Part shown: positions 1 through 7,664 of the stretch, piece after piece | How positions within the stretch are numbered: position 1 is the stretch's first letter | Layout of the letters: every line of letters begins with the position of its first letter | Assembly: GCA_016933575.1 (NCBI GenBank) | Contig: JAFGAR010000015.1 | Span: forward strand, 1 to 60,401 | Direction of reading: 5' to 3' | Length of the DNA stretch: 60,401 nt | Source: Candidatus Thorarchaeota archaeon | Lineage (GTDB): Archaea > Asgardarchaeota > Thorarchaeia > Thorarchaeales > Thorarchaeaceae | Notes under the pieces: model-generated | Database searches by the model: none | The model's input: the letters and a program-made list of their open reading frames with translations, nothing else | Told to the model about the DNA's origin: nothing | Program-made: the position numbers and the translations under genes

Positions 1-226
1 AGAAATTAATTAGAAGCCAATAAGGAACAATTTCATTGAATGTGGAATTGATCACAATTTCTACTTCATTGTCTTCACAAGTTGATTTAAAATCAGTTCC
101 TTTAGATGTTCCGTCTGCAGTCATAGGCGCAGGAGTGGTGGGCAGTCCCTCACTCACAGTGATCTGGTGGACCCTGAGGTCGGAGAGGGTATAGGTCGAA
201 TAGCGCTCTGCTCGGATGGGGAAGTA
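1..226 (-). pseudogene. Orphan C-terminal cassette 4 (type B arm), 5'-truncated, runs off the left window edge
   Basis: Manual translation of the minus strand gives YFPIRAERYSTYTLSDLRVHQITVSEGLPTTPAPMTADGT|SKGTDFKSTCEDNEVEIVINSTFNEIVPYWLLINF. The arm is nearly identical in protein to that inside 2135..3619. No start codon; open to the edge; not in the ORF track. Confidence 0.85.
109..226 (-). repeat. Type B homology arm, direct repeat of 2872..2989
   Basis: 118-bp manual alignment, about 17 mismatches (~86%), mostly synonymous; GC-rich. Confidence 0.92.
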
Positions 227-241
227 TGATAATTATTGATG

Positions 242-781
242 TTATTGATCTAATTCATGAAGTATTCTTTTGGTTATGATACCTGCTTTGTCGTTTCTGT
301 GACTCAGCTCACTTAGTTTATTCTTTGCTTCTAGGTTTCCAAGCTTGGACTCGTTATACAGATAGAGGACCAAGGGACGCATTTTTTTATCTGTGAGTTC
401 CTTGTCCCTATAGATTTTTGATTTTTCAAAATAACCATCGATGATTCCCCAGAGAAGAAATGATGGACCCAAAAACCACGTTAGACCTATTAGTTCAGCA
501 GCCTCGTCCATCAAGGTAATGAAAAGAATACCCCAGAAAAGCAAGGCCATGCATGAATACAAGAATACGTACAAAGTGATACTTCGAAAAAGGGTATTGA
601 TATGTTGAGAATACCACTTTTTCATGCGAAATGTAATGTTTGATTGTTTGTGCGTTTCGTTCTTAATTTCTGCAATATCATCAGATCGCAGAGTGTAAAT
701 CATCCACAGAAGTATTGACTCAATAGATACTATCGATACAATAGCTACGATCACATCAAATGTAGTTGCCATTTTCATCAC
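242..781 (-). CDS. Small membrane partner (putative immunity/cognate) protein of cassette 3; 3 TM plus C-terminal RND-x-x-G helical tail
   Basis: Starts 12 nt after the stop of 794..1822. Hydrophobic helices. Tail SHRNDKAGIITKRILHEL resembles IDRNDEVGKEAQKLWNEL of 1734..2129. Confidence 0.75.
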   Translation of the reverse strand: MMKMATTFDVIVAIVSIVSIESILLWMIYTLRSDDIAEIKNETHKQSNITFRMKKWYSQHINTLFRSITLYVFLYSCMALLFWGILFITLMDEAAELIGLTWFLGPSFLLWGIIDGYFEKSKIYRDKELTDKKMRPLVLYLYNESKLGNLEAKNKLSELSHRNDKAGIITKRILHELDQ

Positions 782-793
782 ATCATTATAGTT

Positions 794-1822
794 TCATAAC
801 AGATACGATAAGAAAAGTGCAATTGCAATTGTAAAACATACAATTGCCAATGCGAACCCAACGACATATATTGCATAATGGGTCCTTAAAACAGCACCTC
901 CAAGTCCATCAAGAGCTTCATTGCAGAATATCTTTTCAAATGCAGCCCCAGCACTACTCCAAAACGGGTCATGTGTTTTAAGTGTCATGTCTACACCCCT
1001 TTTCCCAGATATTGCGAGTAACAAAAGAGCAATGGCAATTGCTAAGAAAGTTATACCTGCTTTCCATGGCGCCATAGCACTGTTTAAAACAGCATAGATT
1101 AGAAAACCGATATACACCAGAGTTCCTGCAACTGCGGCCATCAGAGATAACCAAAACCAGCCCTCGGAAGAATGAGTAATGTCAATTGCTAATAGTCGTG
1201 GAATTGTCCATAATACAGACATCACAATGAACCCAATCAAAATTCCCATATCTGATAGCCATGCATTTTCTGCCTCATCCATTAGATCATCGGATTCTTG
1301 AGAAGTCATTTCCTCTGCACCATAGAAGGTGTAAGAGAAATCACTAATAGAAGCCGAACCTAACAAATCTATTGTTCCATGAATATTAAAAGAAACATCT
1401 GAATTAAATGTTTTACTAACAATAACATGGAGATTAGGCCACAAACCCGTCCAATAGGTGACTATTTCAAGAATTGCTAATGACAAATTATTGCTCAATG
1501 TTGTTTCAAATTCAAATCCAATGCTCTCACTTGTTCCATCATTATCATCCGGTTCCGGCACCAGGGTCTCCTGGGTAGCAGAGAACTGGATGACATGGAG
1601 GCGCATGTCGTTCATGGCGTAGCCAGAGTATCTCTCCATCCGGATGGCCAGGTACTTGATCTGGCGATAGGGGTTGGCCACTGCCCCCATGTCCCAAATA
1701 TCCTCACGCAGCATGTAGTTGTAGAAGTATGTATTAGATTGATGACTCCTCTGAGGCCAGTTCATTCCAGAGTTTCTGTGCTTCTTTGCCAACTTCATCA
1801 TTCCGATCAATGAAATATTCAA
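794..1822 (-). CDS. Orphan C-terminal cassette 3 (type A arm plus variable multi-TM C-terminus); homologous part begins at ~1695
   Basis: DMGAVANPYRQIKYLAIRMERYS...IQFSATQETLVPEPDDNDGT matches the big gene. It is followed by YWTGLWPNLH and 4-5 hydrophobic helices. The 1696..1822 part overlaps the neighbouring gene and is probably fortuitous. Confidence 0.85.
   Translation of the reverse strand: MNISLIGMMKLAKKHRNSGMNWPQRSHQSNTYFYNYMLREDIWDMGAVANPYRQIKYLAIRMERYSGYAMNDMRLHVIQFSATQETLVPEPDDNDGTSESIGFEFETTLSNNLSLAILEIVTYWTGLWPNLHVIVSKTFNSDVSFNIHGTIDLLGSASISDFSYTFYGAEEMTSQESDDLMDEAENAWLSDMGILIGFIVMSVLWTIPRLLAIDITHSSEGWFWLSLMAAVAGTLVYIGFLIYAVLNSAMAPWKAGITFLAIAIALLLLAISGKRGVDMTLKTHDPFWSSAGAAFEKIFCNEALDGLGGAVLRTHYAIYVVGFALAIVCFTIAIALFLSYLL
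1533..1695 (-). repeat. Type A homology arm, inverted copy of 12380..12542
   Basis: 163-bp manual alignment, about 19 mismatches (~88%). Confidence 0.93.
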
Positions 1823-2129
1823 GGATGTCTAAAATCTCGTCCTTTGATGGTTTTCCTCTCCGTATCATTCTATCGACTGTCCGGCGGAGGACTGTTTCAG
1901 GTCTATCTTCCTTCCTCATCGTGGACTCGAGAAGAATTGTGTACCCACGAATGCCCTGTTCACTATTTTTGTATGTGCCCTTGTTAAGATAGAATAGGAT
2001 GGCAAAGAGAGCAGTAAAGAATGCCTTCGATAGATCGTTTATTATTATGAACCATAGTGTTAGGCAGATAAGTCCTATTACTAATATTAGTCTGAGAGTG
2101 GGCCAGTATTTCATTTTTTGTTCAGTCAT
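1734..2129 (-). CDS. Small membrane partner (putative immunity) protein of cassette 2; 2 TM plus RND-x-x-G helical tail
   Basis: The ATG of MTEQK at 2129 lies 5 nt after the TGA of 2135..3619 and is preceded by GGTGAG. The ORF-track start at 2219 overlaps the upstream gene. Confidence 0.78.
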   Translation of the reverse strand: MTEQKMKYWPTLRLILVIGLICLTLWFIIINDLSKAFFTALFAILFYLNKGTYKNSEQGIRGYTILLESTMRKEDRPETVLRRTVDRMIRRGKPSKDEILDILEYFIDRNDEVGKEAQKLWNELASEESSI

Positions 2130-2134
2130 CAATC

Positions 2135-3619
2135 TCACCCTTGAACACTCATGATAAGATGATACACGAAGAGACCAGAGAATAGAGCTAATGCGCCTAG
2201 CAAGATTACACTTCCCCATTTAGTACGTGGACCTGACGATACTTCTTCTATCCATGGTAGCCAGATTCCAGCTCCACAAAGATGGATTTCGAAAACTACT
2301 CCTAAAAGAACTGCGGTCGTCGCTCCAAGTACATTCTTCAATGTTTTCCAACCAAATATGACTAACACAATCATAAGTGCTATTGCAAAGTATCTCCAAG
2401 CTGCAGTTCCATGTGAAATCATGCCACTTGCTAGATCATTTTCAATCACCCCAATTGGAGCAAGATAGGCTAGAATTGTTAGACCTACTGCGACTCCTAA
2501 TGCTACCGCGCACCATGGGCTACCGGGCATAATGGTTGATGCCATATCAAAAATATTTATAGCTACAACTGCAGATTGAAGCAGCATTGCAAAAATTGAA
2601 GCAAAAACAAAGTTAACAGCATTGGATAGGAAATCATCAAATGAAGGTCCTCCATTCACCTGAAGTGCAATAAGCTGAGTAATACCAATGAGATCTATTG
2701 TTAGATGGATCTCTTGTATCAAATCCAAAACAACAAAGCTTAGTAGCAAGTGGCATACTGGCCAGAAATTCTCCAAAGCCCACCAACTTAATAGGTTATT
2801 TCTAATGAAATTTATTCCAGTTTCTACTGCATTTTGTGTCAGTCTATTCTCATTGATGTTACCACACCAGCTTCCATCTGCAGTCATAGGGGCAGGAGTC
2901 GTGGGCAGCCCCTCGCTGACGGTGATCTGATGAACTCTGAGGTCGGAGAGGGTATAGGCTGAATAGCGCTCAGCCCGAATGGCGACGTAGGTGATGACCC
3001 GCTCGGGGTTTACCACGTCCCCAAGGCTCCCTGTTGCATACCCAGGAATCTCGTACTGCATCTCACCATCGTGGACCCAGAGCTTGCCTGTACGATGAAT
3101 GGACAATGTTGTGGTTGGCGTTGAATCATACTGCGCGCTTTCACCCTGCGGATAGTAAGCCACATGGAAATAGCCCTTGACATCCCAGGCCCACGCATCA
3201 CCCCAGTAGACCATGAGGACAATCTGCATGTTCTCATCGAACAGAGCCACATTAATCGCCCCCATCTGCGAACTGTGTTGTACAAGCTCTCCCTCCACCG
3301 AGAACTCACTCAGGTCTCCTAGTCTGAATGGATCATTTAAGACATGCACGAAATTCGGACCATGCCATCCGCTTGGACTATTAGGTATTGCAGATGGATA
3401 GAGGTAGCTAGAGCCAATGGATAGTTCGCCATAGGTAGTAACACCCCATGGAAATCCATTGTCAAGTGGAAAGTTGCTGTTACTGCTACAGTCGTCACTG
3501 AATGGTGGCGGAGGAATTCGTCTATTGGGGTCTGCAAGGATGTTGATGTCCTGAATTCGCATATCGACAATTGGTGTGGTAGAATACTGACAACCAAGTA
3601 GTACTAGATACTTGATCAC
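2135..3619 (-). CDS. Orphan cassette 2: end of repeat 2, a complete alternative repeat domain (type B end) and a variable multi-TM C-terminus
   Basis: The upstream in-frame LAECSNASRVIKY matches LGQCYNASRVIKY of the big gene. Contains GWHGP, ALFDEN, YWGDAW, GYFHVAYYPQG and PAPMTADGS, then WALENFWPVCH and hydrophobic helices. No signal peptide. Confidence 0.88.
   Translation of the reverse strand: MIKYLVLLGCQYSTTPIVDMRIQDINILADPNRRIPPPPFSDDCSSNSNFPLDNGFPWGVTTYGELSIGSSYLYPSAIPNSPSGWHGPNFVHVLNDPFRLGDLSEFSVEGELVQHSSQMGAINVALFDENMQIVLMVYWGDAWAWDVKGYFHVAYYPQGESAQYDSTPTTTLSIHRTGKLWVHDGEMQYEIPGYATGSLGDVVNPERVITYVAIRAERYSAYTLSDLRVHQITVSEGLPTTPAPMTADGSWCGNINENRLTQNAVETGINFIRNNLLSWWALENFWPVCHLLLSFVVLDLIQEIHLTIDLIGITQLIALQVNGGPSFDDFLSNAVNFVFASIFAMLLQSAVVAINIFDMASTIMPGSPWCAVALGVAVGLTILAYLAPIGVIENDLASGMISHGTAAWRYFAIALMIVLVIFGWKTLKNVLGATTAVLLGVVFEIHLCGAGIWLPWIEEVSSGPRTKWGSVILLGALALFSGLFVYHLIMSVQG
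2872..2989 (-). repeat. Type B homology arm, direct repeat of 109..226
   Basis: Encodes YVAIRAERYSAYTLSDLRVHQITVSEGLPTTPAPMTADG. Confidence 0.92.
3137..3177 (-). repeat. 41-bp core repeat (GYFHVAYYPQG), inverted copy of 12221..12261 and direct copy of 5116..5156
   Basis: 3 mismatches in 41 bp versus the big gene; the 25 bp AGGGCTATTTCCATGTGGCTTACTA are identical. Confidence 0.9.
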
Positions 3620-3638
3620 TCTAGATGCATTGGAACAT

Positions 3639-4001
3639 TCAGCAAGTGTGATTGATATCCTCTTTCTGTAAACCTTCCAATCTAAATGGAACCGTTAGTG
3701 CTGCGAAAATTACAAGTGCTATCCATGGCAAGCTTAGCATAACAACATGTTCAAACATCGCAGGTTCATACAGCCATTCATACACATATGCAGTCATGAA
3801 AGGCGCAGTAAGTACAATTACACAATACAAACCGATACTTAACCGAGTATGGATGTATTGTTCGAAAATGCGATGAAGTGTACGAAATACTTTTCTGTCA
3901 GAAGTTTGGAATTTTCCACTAGGATGCAAACCGATTGCTGCACAAGATATTCCAATCAGAAGTAGTAGGATACCTACACCAATTGCAAGAAGGAGGGTCA
4001 T
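3639..4001 (-). CDS. Small 3-TM partner (putative immunity) protein of cassette 1
   Basis: 120 aa with a GGAGGT Shine-Dalgarno upstream. Similar size and hydropathy to 13238..13606. Confidence 0.78.
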   Translation of the reverse strand: MTLLLAIGVGILLLLIGISCAAIGLHPSGKFQTSDRKVFRTLHRIFEQYIHTRLSIGLYCVIVLTAPFMTAYVYEWLYEPAMFEHVVMLSLPWIALVIFAALTVPFRLEGLQKEDINHTC

Positions 4002-4095
4002 GGAATTACCTCCCTTCTAATTTGTTGGAGTATTTGCGCAGGCATTTTTCCATTCTATTAGACATGGACACTTTGTTTCTATATAATATCATTAC

Positions 4096-5142
4096 CTACC
4101 ACCAACCTTGTATCATTCCATAGTAAGTTGCAATTGTGATAACAAGGAGAATCATCATTGTCACAAAAACAATTGCATTTGCACGGCCTGAAGATCCAGT
4201 GCTGCTATTAGATCTTGCCCAACCACCACTGAAATAACCAAGAGCACCTAAGAATCCAAGTGGAGAAAAGTGTAAGAATATTGCTGAAATAAGCCCAATA
4301 GCCAATACTGAGAGCGCCGCAAAAAGAAATGTCCATTGAGCATCACGCTGGTTCATTTCCATTTGTTTCACAGCAAAAACCAGCGACCACATGAACAATA
4401 AATAGATTGATGTCGTAATTATGCAGGCTTCAACGACGATTCCAGTGGCTATGTATGGGATAAGGCACAACACCTGTAAGACTAACAAAGAAACCCACAC
4501 TCCTACAAAGAGATATTGAACCACGTCATTCCAAAATGTGGAAGTCGAGGTCTTTTCTACCACACAAGAATAGAACATTCCTGCTTCTTCTTCTGTAATC
4601 TCTTCTGCACCTCCAAATTCTGACTCCACATTCTGAATTGAAACCAGTCCCAATAAATCAACAATTGACTGAATGAGAATCGATACATCTAGAGAGAGGC
4701 TTATTGATACATCTATATGTAGGACTGGCCAAGGACCTGTCCAATAGATACTCAATGATTGATATGCTTGCTCCATCATTGTTGTTGTATCATTATCATG
4801 ATTACTAGCTATTCCATCAGCTGATGAAACGGAAGTCCCATCCGCCACCATCGGCTCCGGCACCAGGGTCTCCTGGTCAGCGTAGAGGTTGATGGTGTGG
4901 AGGCGCATCTCATTCATATCATCAGCGGAGTAGCGCTCCATCCGGATGGCCAGGTACTTGATCTGGCGATAGGGGTTGGCCACTGCCCCCATATCCCCGC
5001 TCTGGATGGTCCCGCCCTGGTCCTTGATCTTGTAGGTCACGTGACCACCTGTCACTCGGAACTCTCCGATCCGGTAGAAGGAGGTGTAGATGTAGCCCGT
5101 TGTATCGGAGACCGTGCTTCCACCCTGTGGGTAGTAAGCCAC
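4096..5142 (-). CDS. Orphan C-terminal cassette 1 (long type A arm plus variable multi-TM C-terminus)
   Basis: The first ~103 aa are almost identical to the second half of repeat 3 of the big gene, ending PEPMVADGT. YWTGPWPVLH and hydrophobic helices follow. An in-frame stop lies shortly upstream, so there is no N-terminus. Confidence 0.9.
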   Translation of the reverse strand: MAYYPQGGSTVSDTTGYIYTSFYRIGEFRVTGGHVTYKIKDQGGTIQSGDMGAVANPYRQIKYLAIRMERYSADDMNEMRLHTINLYADQETLVPEPMVADGTSVSSADGIASNHDNDTTTMMEQAYQSLSIYWTGPWPVLHIDVSISLSLDVSILIQSIVDLLGLVSIQNVESEFGGAEEITEEEAGMFYSCVVEKTSTSTFWNDVVQYLFVGVWVSLLVLQVLCLIPYIATGIVVEACIITTSIYLLFMWSLVFAVKQMEMNQRDAQWTFLFAALSVLAIGLISAIFLHFSPLGFLGALGYFSGGWARSNSSTGSSGRANAIVFVTMMILLVITIATYYGMIQGWW

Positions 5143-5156
5143 ATGGAAATTGCCCT
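4834..5156 (-). repeat. Long type A homology arm, inverted copy of 12221..12543
   Basis: 323-bp ungapped manual alignment, about 37 mismatches (~88%); ~55-62% GC in sampled 60-nt lines. Confidence 0.95.
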
Positions 5157-5193
5157 TATTCTCTCCAGATGAACTGTTACATTAGAGCTTCAG

Positions 5194-5313
5194 ATTCTGA
5201 TTCATCAATATAACGGGATCGACAACGCACGAGTAATAGACTCGATCGTCAGCATTGAAGAAGATATAATGACATTCATCAAAATCGTGGAGGATTTTCT
5301 CGGTGAATCGTGA
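5194..5313 (+). pseudogene. C-terminal remnant of a HEPN (DUF86-like) toxin gene
   Basis: Translates ILIHQYNGIDNARVIDSIVSIEEDIMTFIKIVEDFLGES*, resembling the RNxLxHxYxxID end of DUF86 but lacking the RN and everything upstream. Its stop overlaps the GTG start of the MNT gene. Confidence 0.7.
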
Positions 5314-5695
5314 TAAGATACGTAGAGATCCGCATTTTCTCAGTAAGAGGGAAGTAGTCCTCTTTGGATCTCAGGTCTCTGGAACTTTCGATTCGCGTTC
5401 TGATGTAGATATAGCTATTATAACACGCTCCCAAGACAAAGATGAGATGATGCATATTCGCCTAGATGCTCTAGGTAAGGCTCCAGATGGCTACGACATC
5501 CAGATCTTTGAAGAGCTACCTTTAGTCATCAAAGGTGCCATCATCGAGGAATTTGAAGTTCTCTTTGGAGATTCCCTTGAGATTGGTATGTACTTCTTCT
5601 ATATTCGAAAGTTTTGGGAAGACTACAATCATCGAATTGAAGTTCCAACAATTGAAGAGATTCAGAGGGGATTTGCAGAAGGTCAAAATCCATGA
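5303..5695 (+). CDS. Minimal nucleotidyltransferase (MNT, pol-beta superfamily), HEPN-MNT antitoxin type
   Basis: LFGS...SDVDIAI (GS plus DxD), third Asp in YDIQ; 130 aa. Confidence 0.9.
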   Translation: MNRDKIRRDPHFLSKREVVLFGSQVSGTFDSRSDVDIAIITRSQDKDEMMHIRLDALGKAPDGYDIQIFEELPLVIKGAIIEEFEVLFGDSLEIGMYFFYIRKFWEDYNHRIEVPTIEEIQRGFAEGQNP

Positions 5696-5790
5696 TCTAC
5701 AAGTTCTTCTTGTTATTCATTATGCCCTTGGGTATCTCCATGTGTCATAAACTTGAAGTGTTTTGGATTTGATAATACGAATACGACTTA

Positions 5791-7053
5791 TCACTTCTTC
5801 AATTGTTCAAGTAATTCCTTTGCTCTCTCGACTTTGACATTCTTTTCTTTGACTAGACGTTCAGCAATGGTATCAACCATATCTCCACGAGCTCCAGCAG
5901 TTGCTGCAACATTTCTTGCGTGTAGTGCCATATGCCCCTTTTGGATCCCCTCTGATGCTAATGCACGGAGTGCTGCAAGGTTCTGGGCAAGTCCAACACT
6001 AGCAATGATGTGACCCAATTCAAGCGCAGTTTTGACTCTAAGGATCTTCACACAAGCTCGTGCCACTGGGTGCACTTTTGTTGCTCCACCAACGAGACCA
6101 ACAGCCATTGGAAGTTCGATGGAACCAACAAGATTTCCATTCGGGTCTATCTCATACTTTGTAAGAGATCCATACCCTTCCCGTGCGGCATAGCTATGAG
6201 CTCCTGCCTCAATTGCTCGAAAGTCATTCCCCGTGGCAATTACGACTGCGTCAATGCCATTCATTATTCCCTTATTATGGGTTGCACACCTGTAGGGATC
6301 TGCCTCAGCAAATGCCCATGCTGTGATAATATCATTTACTACCTCAGCTCCACCAAGAAGTTCCTTGTCAAAGGTAGCCCTCACGCGAACCAATCGATAT
6401 TCTGCAAGGTTTGATAGAATTCGGAGAATCACTCTTCCGCCTGTTATCTTTTCGATGCGTGGCGCCAAAGCTTCAGCCATTGTGTTTACTGCATTTGCTC
6501 CCATTGCATCTCTTGTATCTACAATGAGTTCGCAGACAAGCATCACACCAACCTTTGAGTCAAAAATGCGAACTCTGAGGTCTCTTGCGCCGCCTCCGAA
6601 CCGGACAAGGATTGGGTCTTGCTCATTAGCAAGCTGAAGAAGTTCTTCCTTTACTTCAATTATCCTGTTCTTTGCAGCATAGGGTGCAGGAACTTCTACA
6701 GTCTGAATCTGTGCTATCATTAAAGGACCTGTATCTGTTGCAACGAACCCGCCAAGGTTTCTAGCAATTCTCGCTGCATTACTTGCTGCGGCAACAACAG
6801 ATGGTTCTTCGATTGCCATTGGTATCAGGTAGTCTTTTTCATTTATCTTGAAATTAGTCGCTATCCCTAAGGGAAGGGTCATTGCTCCAACAACATTCTC
6901 AATCATATGGTCCAAAACTTCTAGGTCAACCTTACCTGGATTCACCAATGGTTCAAGATCTTCATCTCCGAGTCCAGTTACTTCCTTCAGTTTCTTCACA
7001 CGTTCTTCGCGCGTCAATTTGTAAAATCCTGAAACCTTTGAATCTTCGACCAT
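5791..7053 (-). CDS. hmgA: Hydroxymethylglutaryl-CoA reductase, class II
   Basis: Motifs ENVVG, EEPSVVAA, DAMGAN, THNKGIMNG, GIQKGHMALH. Confidence 0.96.
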   Translation of the reverse strand: MVEDSKVSGFYKLTREERVKKLKEVTGLGDEDLEPLVNPGKVDLEVLDHMIENVVGAMTLPLGIATNFKINEKDYLIPMAIEEPSVVAAASNAARIARNLGGFVATDTGPLMIAQIQTVEVPAPYAAKNRIIEVKEELLQLANEQDPILVRFGGGARDLRVRIFDSKVGVMLVCELIVDTRDAMGANAVNTMAEALAPRIEKITGGRVILRILSNLAEYRLVRVRATFDKELLGGAEVVNDIITAWAFAEADPYRCATHNKGIMNGIDAVVIATGNDFRAIEAGAHSYAAREGYGSLTKYEIDPNGNLVGSIELPMAVGLVGGATKVHPVARACVKILRVKTALELGHIIASVGLAQNLAALRALASEGIQKGHMALHARNVAATAGARGDMVDTIAERLVKEKNVKVERAKELLEQLKK

Positions 7054-7148
7054 GAAAAGACCTCGACAACTTTGATAGTCTGTTTCGACATTACCATAAA
7101 AGAATGTCCATCGTACAATTTATCTTGATTCATCAGACTCATAGATAC

Positions 7149-7583
7149 ATGTCGTATAACTCGGGTAGGGGCATAGGTGTCTGTCTTTCAATTACATTCG
7201 GTATAATGACCATCGTGTTTGGTCTGATGTTTGTCTTCTTGTTTTCTACAATTGATACGTTTTTCCAATCAATTTCGTGGTATGTATTTTGGGCTGGAAT
7301 CGTGTTGGTAATTGTTGGTGTCGTATTGATTCCTAGTGCAAGAAATGAAGCACGTACACGAAGGAAAATTCTAGAGATAGCTGCCGTGAGAAAAGAGGTG
7401 ACAATCTCTGAAATCAGTGCAGAAACTGGTATAGATAGTGAATATATTCGAAATCTAATCACTACCCTTTTGATAAATGGAATGCTCTTTGGGTATCTTG
7501 AGGGTGACCTATTCGTTCGTGACACTTCTGCACGACCCAGATATTATGGTGGACAAGCGGGATTGTTTGGTGCCCTTGGGTAA
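7149..7583 (+). CDS. 2-TM membrane protein with C-terminal PCI-like winged helix
   Basis: Two hydrophobic helices, then VTISEISAETGIDSEYIRNLITTLLINGMLFGYL. Likely start MSYNS at 7149 (ORF track 7104). Confidence 0.7.
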   Translation: MSYNSGRGIGVCLSITFGIMTIVFGLMFVFLFSTIDTFFQSISWYVFWAGIVLVIVGVVLIPSARNEARTRRKILEIAAVRKEVTISEISAETGIDSEYIRNLITTLLINGMLFGYLEGDLFVRDTSARPRYYGGQAGLFGALG

Positions 7584-7664
7584 TTTTCTGCTTGTGCGAA
7601 GATATAGTTTGGAACCATAGGGTTTATTTCACAAGCATTTGACGATGCAGACTGGTCATGTATC

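Noticed and set aside
1696-1822. N-terminal 42 aa of ORF 794..1822 as a real N-terminus
   Set aside because: It overlaps the 3' end of the 1734..2129 gene in another frame and has no homology to the big protein.
1-5156. CRISPR array or integron cassette array
   Set aside because: The repeats are 40-320-bp coding arms separated by whole genes. No cas genes, integrase or attC-like sites were seen.
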